64,000 bases of DNA, taken from Sedimentisphaerales bacterium. Lineage in GTDB: Bacteria > Planctomycetota > Phycisphaerae > Sedimentisphaerales > SM23-30. The notes under the pieces were generated by a model that did not search any database, had not been told where the DNA came from, and was given only the letters and a program-made list of their open reading frames with translations. The stretch is from NCBI GenBank assembly GCA_963666285.1, contig OY762711.1; one strand, written 5' to 3'. Shown here in pieces: positions 20,967 to 31,609 of the stretch. Within the stretch, counting starts at the first letter, position 1. Each line of letters begins with the position of its first letter. The position numbers and the translations under genes were made by a program.

Positions 20967-22322
20967 ATGAATAGGTCTGTCGTAATATTAATGGTTTTGT
21001 GTATGGTATCAGTTGGTCAGGCAATAATCTTAGACTTTGAAGACGGTGTTGGTGAATGGAGTACTGCAAATAGTGCAAATACACTTGAACAAAGTACAGA
21101 AGGTGTTACATCCGGTTCATACAGCATGAAATACACATTAAGTACGGATTCATATTGGGGATTCCAATGGAATGCTCCGGTAGTTCCAGATGAATTTGGA
21201 ATAGTAAAATTTGATATCACCCGTTTTGCCGCAGATTGGCCTGCCGATCATTGGACCAGCGTTGGTGATAAGATAGCCTTTAACAGTGATGGTGCCGGTG
21301 GTTGGAAAGAGTTTCAACATATAGCTGTAATAAACAAAGAAACCGGCGAAGAAATCGGCAGTACCGATTGGGGGTCATGGAGTGGCGATACTGTATGGAC
21401 TCTTGTTTATGATTGTTCTGACTATGATGCAACAGGCGCAAACTGGTTTCAGGTGATTATGTCAACTAATTCCGGTACACCATCTACTCCGGGTATATTA
21501 TATGTTGATCATGTTCAATTTCCTGTTCCAGCTCCACGTGATCCGAGCCCGGCAGATGGCGGACTTGGAGGCCTCTTGACAGATCTTAGCTGGACCAATG
21601 CCTATGAATCCATGAATAGTGTGACAGTCTGGTTTGGTGATCCGAATGATAATATTACTGAAGATACCTATAAAGACTACTTGAGCGAGGTATATACAGA
21701 AGATTCTCCTGGAGTTACCAGTACATGCCCTAACGCTAATCTTGGTACATTGGTTGAAGATAAAGAATATATGTGGTGTGTTGAAAGCCATGATCCTAAT
21801 GTTCCGATTCCGTTCTGGACCTTTACTGCTACTCCTAACCAGGCTCCAGTAGCTGATGCGGGAGCTGATCAGGACCTTTATGGCGGATCACCTTATGCAG
21901 CCACTTTGGATGGAAGCGGTTCCAGTGATGACGGTCTTATTGCCCCGTTGACTTATTCCTGGGTGCAAACTGCCGGTCCAGATGCGGAAATTGATTCACC
22001 AGATGCGGCAATTACTACTGTTACTCTGCCGGAGTTAGCCAATAGTGTTGAATACTGGAATAATCCGGTTGCCGCCTATTATGAATTTGAGCTGACTGTT
22101 TCTGACGGGCAGGCTCAAAATACTGATAGTATAACAGTTACACTTAGTACAGATTCCTGTGTGGCATCTGTAGAAGCTGGTGGATACTATTATTATGCGG
22201 ATATTGCAAGTGCTGCCGGAGTTGGAGATGAATATCGTGACTGTAAAGTTGACCTTTATGACTTTGCCGAGATGGCAATTAACTGGCTTGGTTGTTCAAA
22301 CAATTTTGAGCCTTGTCCTTAA
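20967..22322 (+). CDS. Secreted protein: CBM-like beta-sandwich, PKD/Ig-like domain, dockerin-like C-terminal motif
   Basis: Signal peptide; LDFEDG...STEGVTSGSYSMK...ILYVDHVQF; NQAPVADAGADQ...LDGSGSSDDG...LTYSWVQTAGP; C-terminal DCKVDLYDFAEMAINWL; AGGAG RBS. Confidence 0.75.
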   Translation: MNRSVVILMVLCMVSVGQAIILDFEDGVGEWSTANSANTLEQSTEGVTSGSYSMKYTLSTDSYWGFQWNAPVVPDEFGIVKFDITRFAADWPADHWTSVGDKIAFNSDGAGGWKEFQHIAVINKETGEEIGSTDWGSWSGDTVWTLVYDCSDYDATGANWFQVIMSTNSGTPSTPGILYVDHVQFPVPAPRDPSPADGGLGGLLTDLSWTNAYESMNSVTVWFGDPNDNITEDTYKDYLSEVYTEDSPGVTSTCPNANLGTLVEDKEYMWCVESHDPNVPIPFWTFTATPNQAPVADAGADQDLYGGSPYAATLDGSGSSDDGLIAPLTYSWVQTAGPDAEIDSPDAAITTVTLPELANSVEYWNNPVAAYYEFELTVSDGQAQNTDSITVTLSTDSCVASVEAGGYYYYADIASAAGVGDEYRDCKVDLYDFAEMAINWLGCSNNFEPCP

Positions 22323-22358
22323 TAAATTGTCATAAGTCAATTATAATTATGTATTACT

Positions 22359-22401
22359 AAGGGCCTAGTTCAGTTAAGTACTGGACGAAGCCCTTTTTTT
22401 T
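22359..22401 (+). terminator. Rho-independent terminator
   Basis: AAGGGC..TTCAGT/ACTGGA..GCCCTT stem followed by 8 T. Confidence 0.7.
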
Positions 22402-22657
22402 GAAATTGTATTAGAGCCGGATAGCATAACGGCAGTTCTGTTGATTGATATTTGCGGCTGAGATCAAAGTAAGAACGGCATAGAGTAGCATTTTATTAGC
22501 AGTATTGAGTTCTCAGTATGGCAAGGCGTGCTGAAAGCAGGCTTGATAAAATCAGATTTATATATATAATTCTGGTTTGATTCGTATATGTCCAATTCTG
22601 AAAGCGAGCAGTTTGAAACAGGTGGATAATAGTACATGTTAGGATAAGGGTTAAAAT

Positions 22658-23695
22658 TTGAACCGTAAGAAACAAATCAGTCTTAAGCAAATTGCAGAGG
22701 CAACTAACCTCTCAATTACTACAGTGTCAAGAGTACTGCGTGACAAGGGGGAAATATCTCCGGAAACTCGCAAAAAAGTACTAGCTTATGCCAAAAAACA
22801 TAATTATCGTCCAAACCTGCTAATACAGGGAATTCAAACCGGCCGTACGGGCAATATTGGGGTTATGGTACCGCCAAATAACTCATATTGGTCTTCTGTA
22901 TTATACGGAATTCATGACACTCTTGTCGAGCATGATTATGCCGGGATCATTTTGTGGGATGAGTATCAATCTAATCCACCATTGGAAAACAAAAAAAAGT
23001 TTATGCTTGAGCAAATGCATCGCTTAATAGATCGGCGTGTGGATGGGATTATTCTTTGGCCTAAAGTGAGTGAAGTATATAGTGATCATCTGGATGAACT
23101 GGAATCGCGTGATTTGCCTGTCGTAACAATTGATAACGAGCTTGATTTTTCGGATTCAGTATTAACAAACGAAAGGTTAGGTTCCGAGCTGGTTGCGGAA
23201 CACCTTTATAACCTGGGACACCGTAAAATAGGGCATTTGAGTGGTAACCAGGAGTGGACATGGGCCAGGCTTAGGCGTAAATATTTTGAAAAGGCCCTGT
23301 CGGCTTACCCTGATGCTAAATGTATAACCGAAATTGGTTCAGACGATGTGGATGACATTCCAGATGCTGCAAGACGGCTTCTCAGCCAGGATATTACAGC
23401 GATTTTTTCATTCAGTGACTGGTCTGCTTTCGAAATATATATGATCGCTCAGGAGATGAATATACGTATCCCGGAGGATATATCTATTGTCGGCTACAGC
23501 GACTCGCATAAGATAGCACAGATTATCAATCCTCGCTTGACGACAGTACGACAAAAGCCGCGAGAAATAGGAATTGAGGCGGTTAACCTGTTAATGGACC
23601 GTTTGAATAATAAAAAATCTTCCGCCAAAAACATACGTACCGTAATCGATTGTGAATTAATCATCCGCAACTCAACAAAGGAAGTAAAATCATAA
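22658..23695 (+). CDS. LacI-family transcriptional regulator
   Basis: HTH ISLKQIAEATNLSITTVSRVL, YRPN, periplasmic-binding-protein-like domain, IPEDISIVGYSD, LTTVRQ. Confidence 0.93.
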   Translation: MNRKKQISLKQIAEATNLSITTVSRVLRDKGEISPETRKKVLAYAKKHNYRPNLLIQGIQTGRTGNIGVMVPPNNSYWSSVLYGIHDTLVEHDYAGIILWDEYQSNPPLENKKKFMLEQMHRLIDRRVDGIILWPKVSEVYSDHLDELESRDLPVVTIDNELDFSDSVLTNERLGSELVAEHLYNLGHRKIGHLSGNQEWTWARLRRKYFEKALSAYPDAKCITEIGSDDVDDIPDAARRLLSQDITAIFSFSDWSAFEIYMIAQEMNIRIPEDISIVGYSDSHKIAQIINPRLTTVRQKPREIGIEAVNLLMDRLNNKKSSAKNIRTVIDCELIIRNSTKEVKS

Positions 23696-23723
23696 TTGCA
23701 TTTGTTTTGTAAGTGACTTTTGT

Positions 23724-24959
23724 TTAGTCCAGCCATCTTTTTGAAATAAAGCTGAATTCATCTTGCGTGTAAGGGTTCAGCCAATTTTCGGCCAGTATAA
23801 TTAAATCATCAAAATTAATCATGCAATCATGGTTGAAGTCGCCATTTGTTCGACAAGGCTGGTCATCATTTCTTCTTGTGTAAAGAGTATCTTTCAAAAA
23901 ACAACCCATTTCTCCTTCGCCGCAGCGAAGCGACCAGTCTGAATAGAACATTGGAGGTCCCCAATTATAGCTTGCCACCCAGGCAGTGTTGCTGATTCCC
24001 TGGTTTTCGAGGAATTCCATCAGCGGTTGACCGTATTCGGTGATCGTTCCATTGAGCATATCATCAGGGTCGGGGCTGCCGCTCTGGCTGAATCCCCATT
24101 CCGTCATGAAGACAGGGTGTACCGCATGGCAGGTGGTAATTTGATTTCGATAAGCGCCGTGCCAGTAGGAGTCGTTCCAGTGACCGGGGTAGATGTGGGA
24201 AACATAAGCAATGTTATTATTGCCGATAGGGTCACTTACGGGATAATTTGCAGCCAGTCCGATTGCCTGGGAATAGAAAGGCCCGGCTACCAGTATAAGA
24301 TTATTGGGTGCGTAATTACGGACAATATCGATCCAGGTTTGCATATCTGCCCTGACGCTAAGCCAGTCGTTTATGTCATTACTGTTAAAAATCCAGTCTC
24401 CGTTTATGTCATTAATAGGCTCGTTAAACAATTCAAAGATGACATGGCTGTCGTTAGCAAATCTTTGAGCCATGTATTCCCAGAATTCGCTGGTAGAATT
24501 GACATGCTCGTATGTATTGGCGACATAATGCCAGTCGATAATAACGTATAAATCTTTGGAAAGGCAATAGTCCACAATTGGCCGTAAAAGATTATTATAG
24601 AGATTGTCATTATCTGGGTTAAACGGGTGCGGCCAGTTACTGACAGAATCAGGAGGGGTAATATTTATCCGCAAAACTTTGGGATACCAGCCAGTGGAGC
24701 TGCCCTGGGTATCGGTTTTATCAGTAAGTCGATCAATCATTTGGTATGCACCACCATGCCATTCCTCCAGGAATCCCAGGTCAATCATGTCAATACCACG
24801 CAGTACTACAACGTTGCCATCTGGGTCTTTTATTTGATTACCCTCAACATGCAGCCATGGAGTTGCAGCAAAAAGAGGAGTAGACAAGAATATTAATATT
24901 TGAATTAATCTAGAGATTTTCCTGAGTTCGATCATGGGGATTGGAATAGATTCTTCCAT
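23724..24959 (-). CDS. Glycoside hydrolase family 5 (cellulase-like) with dockerin-like C-terminus
   Basis: LHVEGNQIKD, YVIIDWH, catalytic FELFNEP, HIYP, nucleophile MTEWG; C-terminal GDFNHDCMINFDDLIILAENWL; AGGAG RBS. Confidence 0.9.
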   Translation of the reverse strand: MEESIPIPMIELRKISRLIQILIFLSTPLFAATPWLHVEGNQIKDPDGNVVVLRGIDMIDLGFLEEWHGGAYQMIDRLTDKTDTQGSSTGWYPKVLRINITPPDSVSNWPHPFNPDNDNLYNNLLRPIVDYCLSKDLYVIIDWHYVANTYEHVNSTSEFWEYMAQRFANDSHVIFELFNEPINDINGDWIFNSNDINDWLSVRADMQTWIDIVRNYAPNNLILVAGPFYSQAIGLAANYPVSDPIGNNNIAYVSHIYPGHWNDSYWHGAYRNQITTCHAVHPVFMTEWGFSQSGSPDPDDMLNGTITEYGQPLMEFLENQGISNTAWVASYNWGPPMFYSDWSLRCGEGEMGCFLKDTLYTRRNDDQPCRTNGDFNHDCMINFDDLIILAENWLNPYTQDEFSFISKRWLD

Positions 24960-25039
24960 TTTTTTCTCCTCATATAACGACAGAATAGTATGATTTAAGA
25001 GATATTACAAGAATTTACACAATCAATCACAATACTATA

Positions 25040-25068
25040 ATTATATAGAATTAACTGAAATACGTCAA
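25040..25068 (-). promoter_or_regulatory. Putative sigma70 promoter of the GH5 gene
   Basis: Minus strand TTGACG-N17-TATAAT. Confidence 0.65.
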
Positions 25069-25219
25069 ACAAATATTTGCGGCTTTGAGAAATGTGTAAA
25101 AACAACCCTTTGTATGCTTGAAAGATAATTTATTGAATTGCCAATGTGGGGGAAGATTGAAGGTCGGTTGTATAATTTTTGGTTTGTGTCAAGGTTGTAA
25201 TAGAAACGGGAAAAATACA

Positions 25220-26752
25220 TTATTTGTTACTGATTGGGTGTGGTTGTTTGTCGTCATTTTCTGCCTGGGCTGAAGTGGTATAACCAATGAATTGATCGGC
25301 CCTTATGAGTAATGAACGTGTATCCTTGATTGAATAATAATATAATCCGCTTCGGCTGGCAATAAAGTTGACTCCATTGGTATTTACTTTTCCATGCCAA
25401 GAGAAAGCCGGAGCTTTTACAGGAAAAGAAGAAACAGGTAGATAGCCAGCATCTTTTATACCATAACCAGTTGGAGAATCCGGGAAAAGCTTTGCAGCTG
25501 ATTCTATATTCTCTCGTGAGCTATAATTGAAATACAAAATTGCTGACAGGCCGCAGAGTAAGGTCAGGATAATTGCAATGGCTATACTTTTATTTTTTGA
25601 CGCGATTGAAATTGAATCTAAAATACCGGCAAAAGTTTTTCCTATTGTCGATCTGCTGAGATCATTGTATGAAGTACCTGTTTTAGAGAGTCTTCCCTGC
25701 CAGCCAATTTCAATAGTTGAGCCTTCCAGGTTAGGGGCATCTCCAATTTCTGAAGATAGAGAAATTGTTTCAGCGTGTAAAATTGCGGCTACTTCAGCAG
25801 CGGTAGGGCGGGAATCAGGTTCTTTAGCCATCATTCGTTTGACTGTCAATGCCAGATTTTCAGAACAGCCGGGTAATATAATACGCAGGTCTGGCGGTTC
25901 TTCCTGCAGGTGTTGTCGGAAAACATCTTTGATATTGTCAGAGTCATAGGGTGGGTTGCCGGTCAGGATATAGAATAAGGTAGCTCCCAGGCTATAGATA
26001 TCAACTGCCGTACTAACAGTTTCCTTACGAATCAGTTCAGGTGCCATATAAAAAGGAGTTCCAATTGATTGATGGGCAAAACTGTCGAAAGGGTCGTCTG
26101 GATCATCCACTCTTACTAATCCGAAATCACTCACCTTACCATGTCCGTTTCGTGTTACCAGTATATTACTTGGTTTTATATCTCGATGAATTATACCGAT
26201 TTCGTGGGAAGCCTGTAACGCAACCGCAGCATCAGCAATAATAGGACACGCCCTGGAAGCAGGCAGTGCACCGGCAGCTTTAACAATTTCTTTCAGATTG
26301 TTGCCAGAGATCATTTCCATAGCAATATACCACCAGTTGGCGTGTTTGTTGATCTCATATACCCGGACAATGTTAGGGTGTTCTACAGCAGCAGCTGCGC
26401 GAGCCTCGCGCAGAAACTGGTCAACAGCAATCTGTTTATTCTTACCCTGACTAATTTTTTTTAATAGTATCTTTAATGCAACAATTCGTTTCAGGTTAAT
26501 ATCTTCTGCCTGTATAACCAATCCCATGGAACCTTCCCCTATTTTGCGGATCAACTTAAAATGTCCCATGATTTTCCCTACCCAGGGAGGTTGTTTTGCG
26601 CCATGTTTTACAACCGTGGAATCGTTATCATCGACTTCATTTTCACCTAAGATATCAGGAGAGATTTCCGGTTTTTTTTCATTGATTAAAGTCAGGGTGA
26701 AGTCTCTTTCATCCTGCGGGGAAATCTCGTTATTTTTATTCCAATCGTTCAT
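25220..26752 (-). CDS. Hanks-type Ser/Thr protein kinase with one TM and a small extracytoplasmic domain
   Basis: IGEGSMG, VALK, HRDIKPSN, DFG, GTPFYMAPE, DIYSLG; TM IAIAIILTLLCGLSAILYF. Confidence 0.93.
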   Translation of the reverse strand: MNDWNKNNEISPQDERDFTLTLINEKKPEISPDILGENEVDDNDSTVVKHGAKQPPWVGKIMGHFKLIRKIGEGSMGLVIQAEDINLKRIVALKILLKKISQGKNKQIAVDQFLREARAAAAVEHPNIVRVYEINKHANWWYIAMEMISGNNLKEIVKAAGALPASRACPIIADAAVALQASHEIGIIHRDIKPSNILVTRNGHGKVSDFGLVRVDDPDDPFDSFAHQSIGTPFYMAPELIRKETVSTAVDIYSLGATLFYILTGNPPYDSDNIKDVFRQHLQEEPPDLRIILPGCSENLALTVKRMMAKEPDSRPTAAEVAAILHAETISLSSEIGDAPNLEGSTIEIGWQGRLSKTGTSYNDLSRSTIGKTFAGILDSISIASKNKSIAIAIILTLLCGLSAILYFNYSSRENIESAAKLFPDSPTGYGIKDAGYLPVSSFPVKAPAFSWHGKVNTNGVNFIASRSGLYYYSIKDTRSLLIRADQFIGYTTSAQAENDDKQPHPISNK

Positions 26753-26756
26753 CTTC

Positions 26757-27911
26757 TTATTCCGATTGTTTATGTATGCCGTTAAAGTATATTATTGTAA
26801 TTATGCTCTGGCGTGCGGCTCTTCCTTCACTGATATCTCCTTCATCGCTTCCCAGGGCAATGTAAGGGCTGTTTCCAAGTCTGCACACAGCTTCTATTGT
26901 CATATCCGGGATGCCGGCTATCCAGACAGGTTCATCCTGTTTATGACCGCTCCACCAAAACAAGGCACTATCAAGATTGTTAGGAGGATACGGGCTGTCA
27001 GGGTCTAATTGCGGGCCGTTGCTTTTAGCGGCAGTTATCAAATATCCGTTAGTCAGCGGGTCCCAGGTGAGGTCACTTATGCCGCGGTTGCCCAGGTTTA
27101 ATAGAAAGAAGTCAATAAGTTTTAGAGTTTCCGGATGAGTTGAACTTAAAATATTATCTATACCGTCAACGACAAAAAGTATTGCGTCTCCTGCATAAAT
27201 CGGGTTTCGCATGCCGCAAAGAATGTATTTATTGTCCGGAGTAAAGGTAATTCCTTCTACGTTTCCCCAACGGTAAGTATTTTTATCTTCACCAATATAG
27301 GCGGCATCAAAAGCGTAATATGGTTTGACTTTAATCTTTTCAAAACACTTTTCCAGCTGCATGCGAATGGTCTCAACCGAGAATACCCTGCTATTATCAA
27401 ACTGTAAAGCTGATGTTGATTTCAGACTGCACATGAGCATTTGCCGCCTCTGAGGTAGAGGCTGTGCGTCAGGAGCATTACTTAAAGAACACATGGCATA
27501 AAGATAGGTATTCTTTCCCTTTATTAATAGGGCCATAGATTCAAGATCGTTAAGGAGATATTGTTCATTATGGACTATGATCCATGGTTCGGGAGTGCCA
27601 ATTTCCATTTTTTCCAGATCTACCGGACAGCTGAATATCAGATGTCGGTGGCGATCGCTGGTAATAAGCAGGCTGCCATTGTCCCAGGCAAGACTGCTGC
27701 ATTCAAGGGCCACCTTTCCCTGCTGCTGGTTGGAAGTTTCAGCACGTGTAGTAATATCTTTTTGTGCAACAACCGGAGGTTCGATAATGCCAAATCGGAT
27801 TTCATATATTCTTGATGGTAATTGATCGTTTTGGGCATGGAGAACTGTATTGCCAAGACATGTAACGAGCATTAGCAAAAAAAATAGCGATTTATTATTA
27901 AAATATGACAT
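26757..27911 (-). CDS. Secreted beta-propeller-like protein (DUF3616-like)
   Basis: Signal peptide; repeats LECSSLAW, NDLESMA, NVEGITFTPD...GMRNP, LNLGNRGISDLTWD, TIEAVC...SDEG; ends 4 bp before the kinase start. Confidence 0.6.
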   Translation of the reverse strand: MSYFNNKSLFFLLMLVTCLGNTVLHAQNDQLPSRIYEIRFGIIEPPVVAQKDITTRAETSNQQQGKVALECSSLAWDNGSLLITSDRHRHLIFSCPVDLEKMEIGTPEPWIIVHNEQYLLNDLESMALLIKGKNTYLYAMCSLSNAPDAQPLPQRRQMLMCSLKSTSALQFDNSRVFSVETIRMQLEKCFEKIKVKPYYAFDAAYIGEDKNTYRWGNVEGITFTPDNKYILCGMRNPIYAGDAILFVVDGIDNILSSTHPETLKLIDFFLLNLGNRGISDLTWDPLTNGYLITAAKSNGPQLDPDSPYPPNNLDSALFWWSGHKQDEPVWIAGIPDMTIEAVCRLGNSPYIALGSDEGDISEGRAARQSIITIIYFNGIHKQSE

Positions 27912-27934
27912 AAATTATATTCCTAATACACTTA

Positions 27935-27964
27935 ATTTTAGGGATATATTTGTATGTGTGTCAA
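27935..27964 (-). promoter_or_regulatory. Putative sigma70 promoter of the propeller-kinase operon
   Basis: Minus strand TTGACA-N18-TAAAAT. Confidence 0.5.
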
Positions 27965-28344
27965 GAATAATCATTGTTTACATTACTGTAGTATCAATCA
28001 GTATTTTTATTGAAAGATGTGTTATTTTTACAGATGGAATATCGATTTGAGATTATTTTGCAGATAACTGTAAATTATTCAGCATTAGGAACTGTATTTC
28101 AAAGAATATTAGAGGGGGGTGTTGTGTTATAAGTGTTTGCAGTTTAGTTATTTATGTGGGTTTTGTTGTTCTGGGACAAGTTGTTTTACCACATAGGCTT
28201 ATAGTTGAAAAATGAGTTTTTTGATAGAGAGCTAATTATCCATTGTTTATTCTTTAAACCATTATTGAACAGGATAGATATTTAGTTTATCATAAAGTCC
28301 ATAGTATTGTTATTTATTAACTCTTTTTAATTGAATTACACATT

Positions 28345-29793
28345 ATGAGAAAAAGTATTATTATTTTAATACTGTTTGTTGTTTGCGGCAGTATTTATGC
28401 GGCTGATAGACCGAACTTTATATTTTTTATTGCTGATGATATCTCACAGGATGATTTGGGGTGCTATGGCAACAGCAGGATCCAGACTCCGAACCTTGAC
28501 CAAATTGCAAAGCAGGGTATGGTATTTGAAAATGCATACCTTACTATCAGTTCGTGTTCGCCAAGTCGTAACTCTATTATTACAGGGCGTTATCCGCATA
28601 ATACCGGTGCTCCGGAGCTGCATACAGTTCTGCCAAAAGATCAAAGTACATTTGTTCAGGAGCTTAAAAAAGCAGGATATTATACTGTTTTGTCTGGCAA
28701 AAATCACATGGCCAAACCGGAGCAGTTGGGTTTTATTGACAGTTCGGATAGTAAACCTGCCGGTTCGGAGAATTGGATCAGGCATCTAAGGAATCGCCCC
28801 AAAGATAAGCCGTTTTTCTGCTGGTTTGCTTCACATGATGCACACCGTGACTGGCAGCTGAATGACAAGGCTCCTGAGTATAATCCGCAGGAAATGCTTG
28901 TACCGCCGATGCTCTATGATGGCGATGAAACCCGAAAGGATCTTACGAAATACTATCATGAGGTCAGCAGGACGGATTACTATGCCGGGGAACTGGTTAA
29001 GGAGCTTAAAGCCCAGGGGATTGAGGATAATACCTATTTGATTTATTGCGCCGATAATGGCAGGCCCTTTCCGCGGTGCAAGACTTACCTTTACGATAGT
29101 GGAACTAAGACACCTTTCATCGTTCGCGGGCCGGGTGTCAAGGTCGGACGTACTGTTTCGCTGATAAGTTCTATAGATATCAGTGCTACGATACTGGAAC
29201 TAGCCGGTATTGACAAGCCAATTACGATTCAAGGTGTAAGTTTTGCTGGAATATTGAGAGATCCGTTTTGTAAGATGCGAGATTATGTATTTGCCGAACG
29301 AAACTGGCATGTATACCAGCTGCATGAGCGTATGGTTCGTTATGGAGACTGGATGTATATCTGGAATGCCTATCCGGAAAGACATAATGTCTGTGCCGAG
29401 ACTTCTTCGTATGAGTTCCCATCATCCAAAGAGTTATGGGAGATGTCTTATGCGGGTAAATTGGATATTCAGCAGGAACTGGTAACAAATATACCGCAGC
29501 CTGAACACCAGTTGTTTAATGTCAAAAACGATCCGTACCAGTTTTATAACCTGGCTGATAACGTGAAATACAAAAGTGAGTTTGAACTGATGAGAAAACT
29601 GCTGGGACAATGGGTGGAAGAGACTGGGGATTCCGTTCCAAAGAATCCAACAAAAGATATACAGCAGCTTCATGGCGATGGGCGTGTCAAAGTTAAGAGG
29701 GGCGATTTTCCCGGAAGTGTAAATAATGCTGTAAAAGTAACTAATCCGGGACCGGTGTTGAACAGTAAAACAAATGCTAGTCAACCGCACTAA
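28345..29793 (+). CDS. Sulfatase (S1, Cys-type formylglycine)
   Basis: Signal peptide; RPNFIFFIADD; CSPSRNSIITGRY; GKNH; HDAHR; DNG; LFNVKNDPYQFYNLA. Confidence 0.93.
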   Translation: MRKSIIILILFVVCGSIYAADRPNFIFFIADDISQDDLGCYGNSRIQTPNLDQIAKQGMVFENAYLTISSCSPSRNSIITGRYPHNTGAPELHTVLPKDQSTFVQELKKAGYYTVLSGKNHMAKPEQLGFIDSSDSKPAGSENWIRHLRNRPKDKPFFCWFASHDAHRDWQLNDKAPEYNPQEMLVPPMLYDGDETRKDLTKYYHEVSRTDYYAGELVKELKAQGIEDNTYLIYCADNGRPFPRCKTYLYDSGTKTPFIVRGPGVKVGRTVSLISSIDISATILELAGIDKPITIQGVSFAGILRDPFCKMRDYVFAERNWHVYQLHERMVRYGDWMYIWNAYPERHNVCAETSSYEFPSSKELWEMSYAGKLDIQQELVTNIPQPEHQLFNVKNDPYQFYNLADNVKYKSEFELMRKLLGQWVEETGDSVPKNPTKDIQQLHGDGRVKVKRGDFPGSVNNAVKVTNPGPVLNSKTNASQPH

Positions 29794-31609
29794 AGGAGTA
29801 TATGTAATTAAATCGTCCCAATGGTGCAGTGTCGCCGCTAAGATAGAAATCCATGATGTCGCCATCGCCTTTGATATTGTCTGCCCACTTAAATTCTAAT
29901 TCCAAATCTGAATTTGGCAGTCCGAGATTATTTAATGGCACGCATATTTCAAGTTCATTGCCGTTAACGGCAAACTCGGCAGATGAAATTTCGTTCCAGC
30001 TCCACAGGTTATTCATATTCTTTTCAACGGACAGCTTATTTGAACCGACACGTTTGCGGTTAAGCAGAAAATCATAACCGTGCCAGCCGGTATTAAGGTT
30101 TCGGTCAATATCAATAAAAATCATCATCCAGTTAGAGTCGGTTGATTGAGTAATTGTTTTTGCGCACCGGGAATAGAAATAAATATATTTCTTGTCATTA
30201 GCAACTTTTAAATTTGTGATATCGTTCCTTCCGGAGCTATTTGTATAGAAAAGATTGCCGTAACCTTTATGGCTGCGGTGCATTGTGTCACCTTTATGAT
30301 CGCAGTATTCCATTGAAATATCCTGCCAGTCGGAAAAGTTCCCGTCAATTTTGATTGTATGGTATTTTGAAGCTTGTGATTGGCGGTGTACGCCTTTGAA
30401 TTTCCTGATATTACCGGTTAGTTGATAGTAATAATTATCGCCGATTTCCGCTTTGACTGGTTCTATATCTCTACTGTATTCCATGTTGAACTGGTCAGGA
30501 AAAGCATTTGGCGTTCCCTGCCAGTTTTCAAATCGTCCGGCAACCCATTCATTCCATCCGGTAACAAAAATCAGTTCAGGATCAATCTGGAGAGCTCGGT
30601 CCCATTGTTCCTGGAAATTAAGGCCTTGTAATACAGCACCGGGTTGATTGGAAAAGCCGTTTTTGTTGGTATAGCTTCTGCCGTACACCTGATCTTTTGA
30701 ATTCATAGCAGCAGGTACGAGCTTATCAGTTGCATTCTGGGCCACACCTACGGAAACCATTTCAAATTTACCAGGTTCGTATTCAACATAACCATTTTGC
30801 GGATATACCTCCAGCCAGCTCCAATCATCTTTTCTTTGCGGTCCGCATTTGTAGCCGGGCTGACCTGGCCTGAAGGTGAAAAAAGACCTCATCGGTTCCG
30901 GAATGTTATCAGGGTATGCCATGATAAGCGGTTTACCTTTCCAATAGAACCACAGGTCTTTGAAGCGGCCGGTCTTATATATATCATTATAGATTTTTGA
31001 GACAGATTCCAGGCTGTTTTCAACTGGGCCAAAAGGGCAAAGAAAGGCAAATTGAGGTGTCTTTACTCCATCTTTGCGGGCCTGCATCCAGGTTTCACCA
31101 AGTATATCGTAGCTTTCTTTCCAGGTAAATGAACCATTAGTACAATCAAAAACGACAATATCAACTCCTGCATCTGAGAGCATTTCGGCATGTTTTCTCA
31201 ATACCCAGGGATCGGTAGTGCGGTAATGGCCAAATAGCGGCTCAGACCAGTGATTGTTAAAGCCTTTATACTTTTCCCAAACCGGGTGGTTATAATCGTT
31301 TATTGCATCATGGTGCTGGCGAATTACCTGGTCAATATTGACATAACCAGGATTTGCATGCCGTGAGCCATGCCATGTCCAATAGAAAATTGCAACATAT
31401 TTATCATCTCTTGGTGCGCCGGCGGTGTCGTAATCAGGTAATTTTCTGCCGAGAGAGTCAGCAGCAGCCCAGGTGTCACTTATCTGGATAGGAGAATGGC
31501 TATTATCATCAAGGTCATTCCCTTTGGCGGAGGCAAAGATAATAAAAAAGATGATAATGGTTGCAAGTTTGTGTATGATAAAATTTAATGTATTTTTCTT
31601 GTAGTTCAT
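29777..31609 (-). CDS. Secreted GH99/GH71-like glycoside hydrolase with C-terminal beta-sandwich domain
   Basis: VAIFYWTWH, WSEPLFGHY..DPWVLRKHAEMLSDAGVDIVVFDCTNG, WKGKPLI, TGWNEW, EYSRDIEP; then IKIDGNFSDW (CBM9/DOMON-like). Confidence 0.65.
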   Translation of the reverse strand: MNYKKNTLNFIIHKLATIIIFFIIFASAKGNDLDDNSHSPIQISDTWAAADSLGRKLPDYDTAGAPRDDKYVAIFYWTWHGSRHANPGYVNIDQVIRQHHDAINDYNHPVWEKYKGFNNHWSEPLFGHYRTTDPWVLRKHAEMLSDAGVDIVVFDCTNGSFTWKESYDILGETWMQARKDGVKTPQFAFLCPFGPVENSLESVSKIYNDIYKTGRFKDLWFYWKGKPLIMAYPDNIPEPMRSFFTFRPGQPGYKCGPQRKDDWSWLEVYPQNGYVEYEPGKFEMVSVGVAQNATDKLVPAAMNSKDQVYGRSYTNKNGFSNQPGAVLQGLNFQEQWDRALQIDPELIFVTGWNEWVAGRFENWQGTPNAFPDQFNMEYSRDIEPVKAEIGDNYYYQLTGNIRKFKGVHRQSQASKYHTIKIDGNFSDWQDISMEYCDHKGDTMHRSHKGYGNLFYTNSSGRNDITNLKVANDKKYIYFYSRCAKTITQSTDSNWMMIFIDIDRNLNTGWHGYDFLLNRKRVGSNKLSVEKNMNNLWSWNEISSAEFAVNGNELEICVPLNNLGLPNSDLELEFKWADNIKGDGDIMDFYLSGDTAPLGRFNYIYSFSAVD

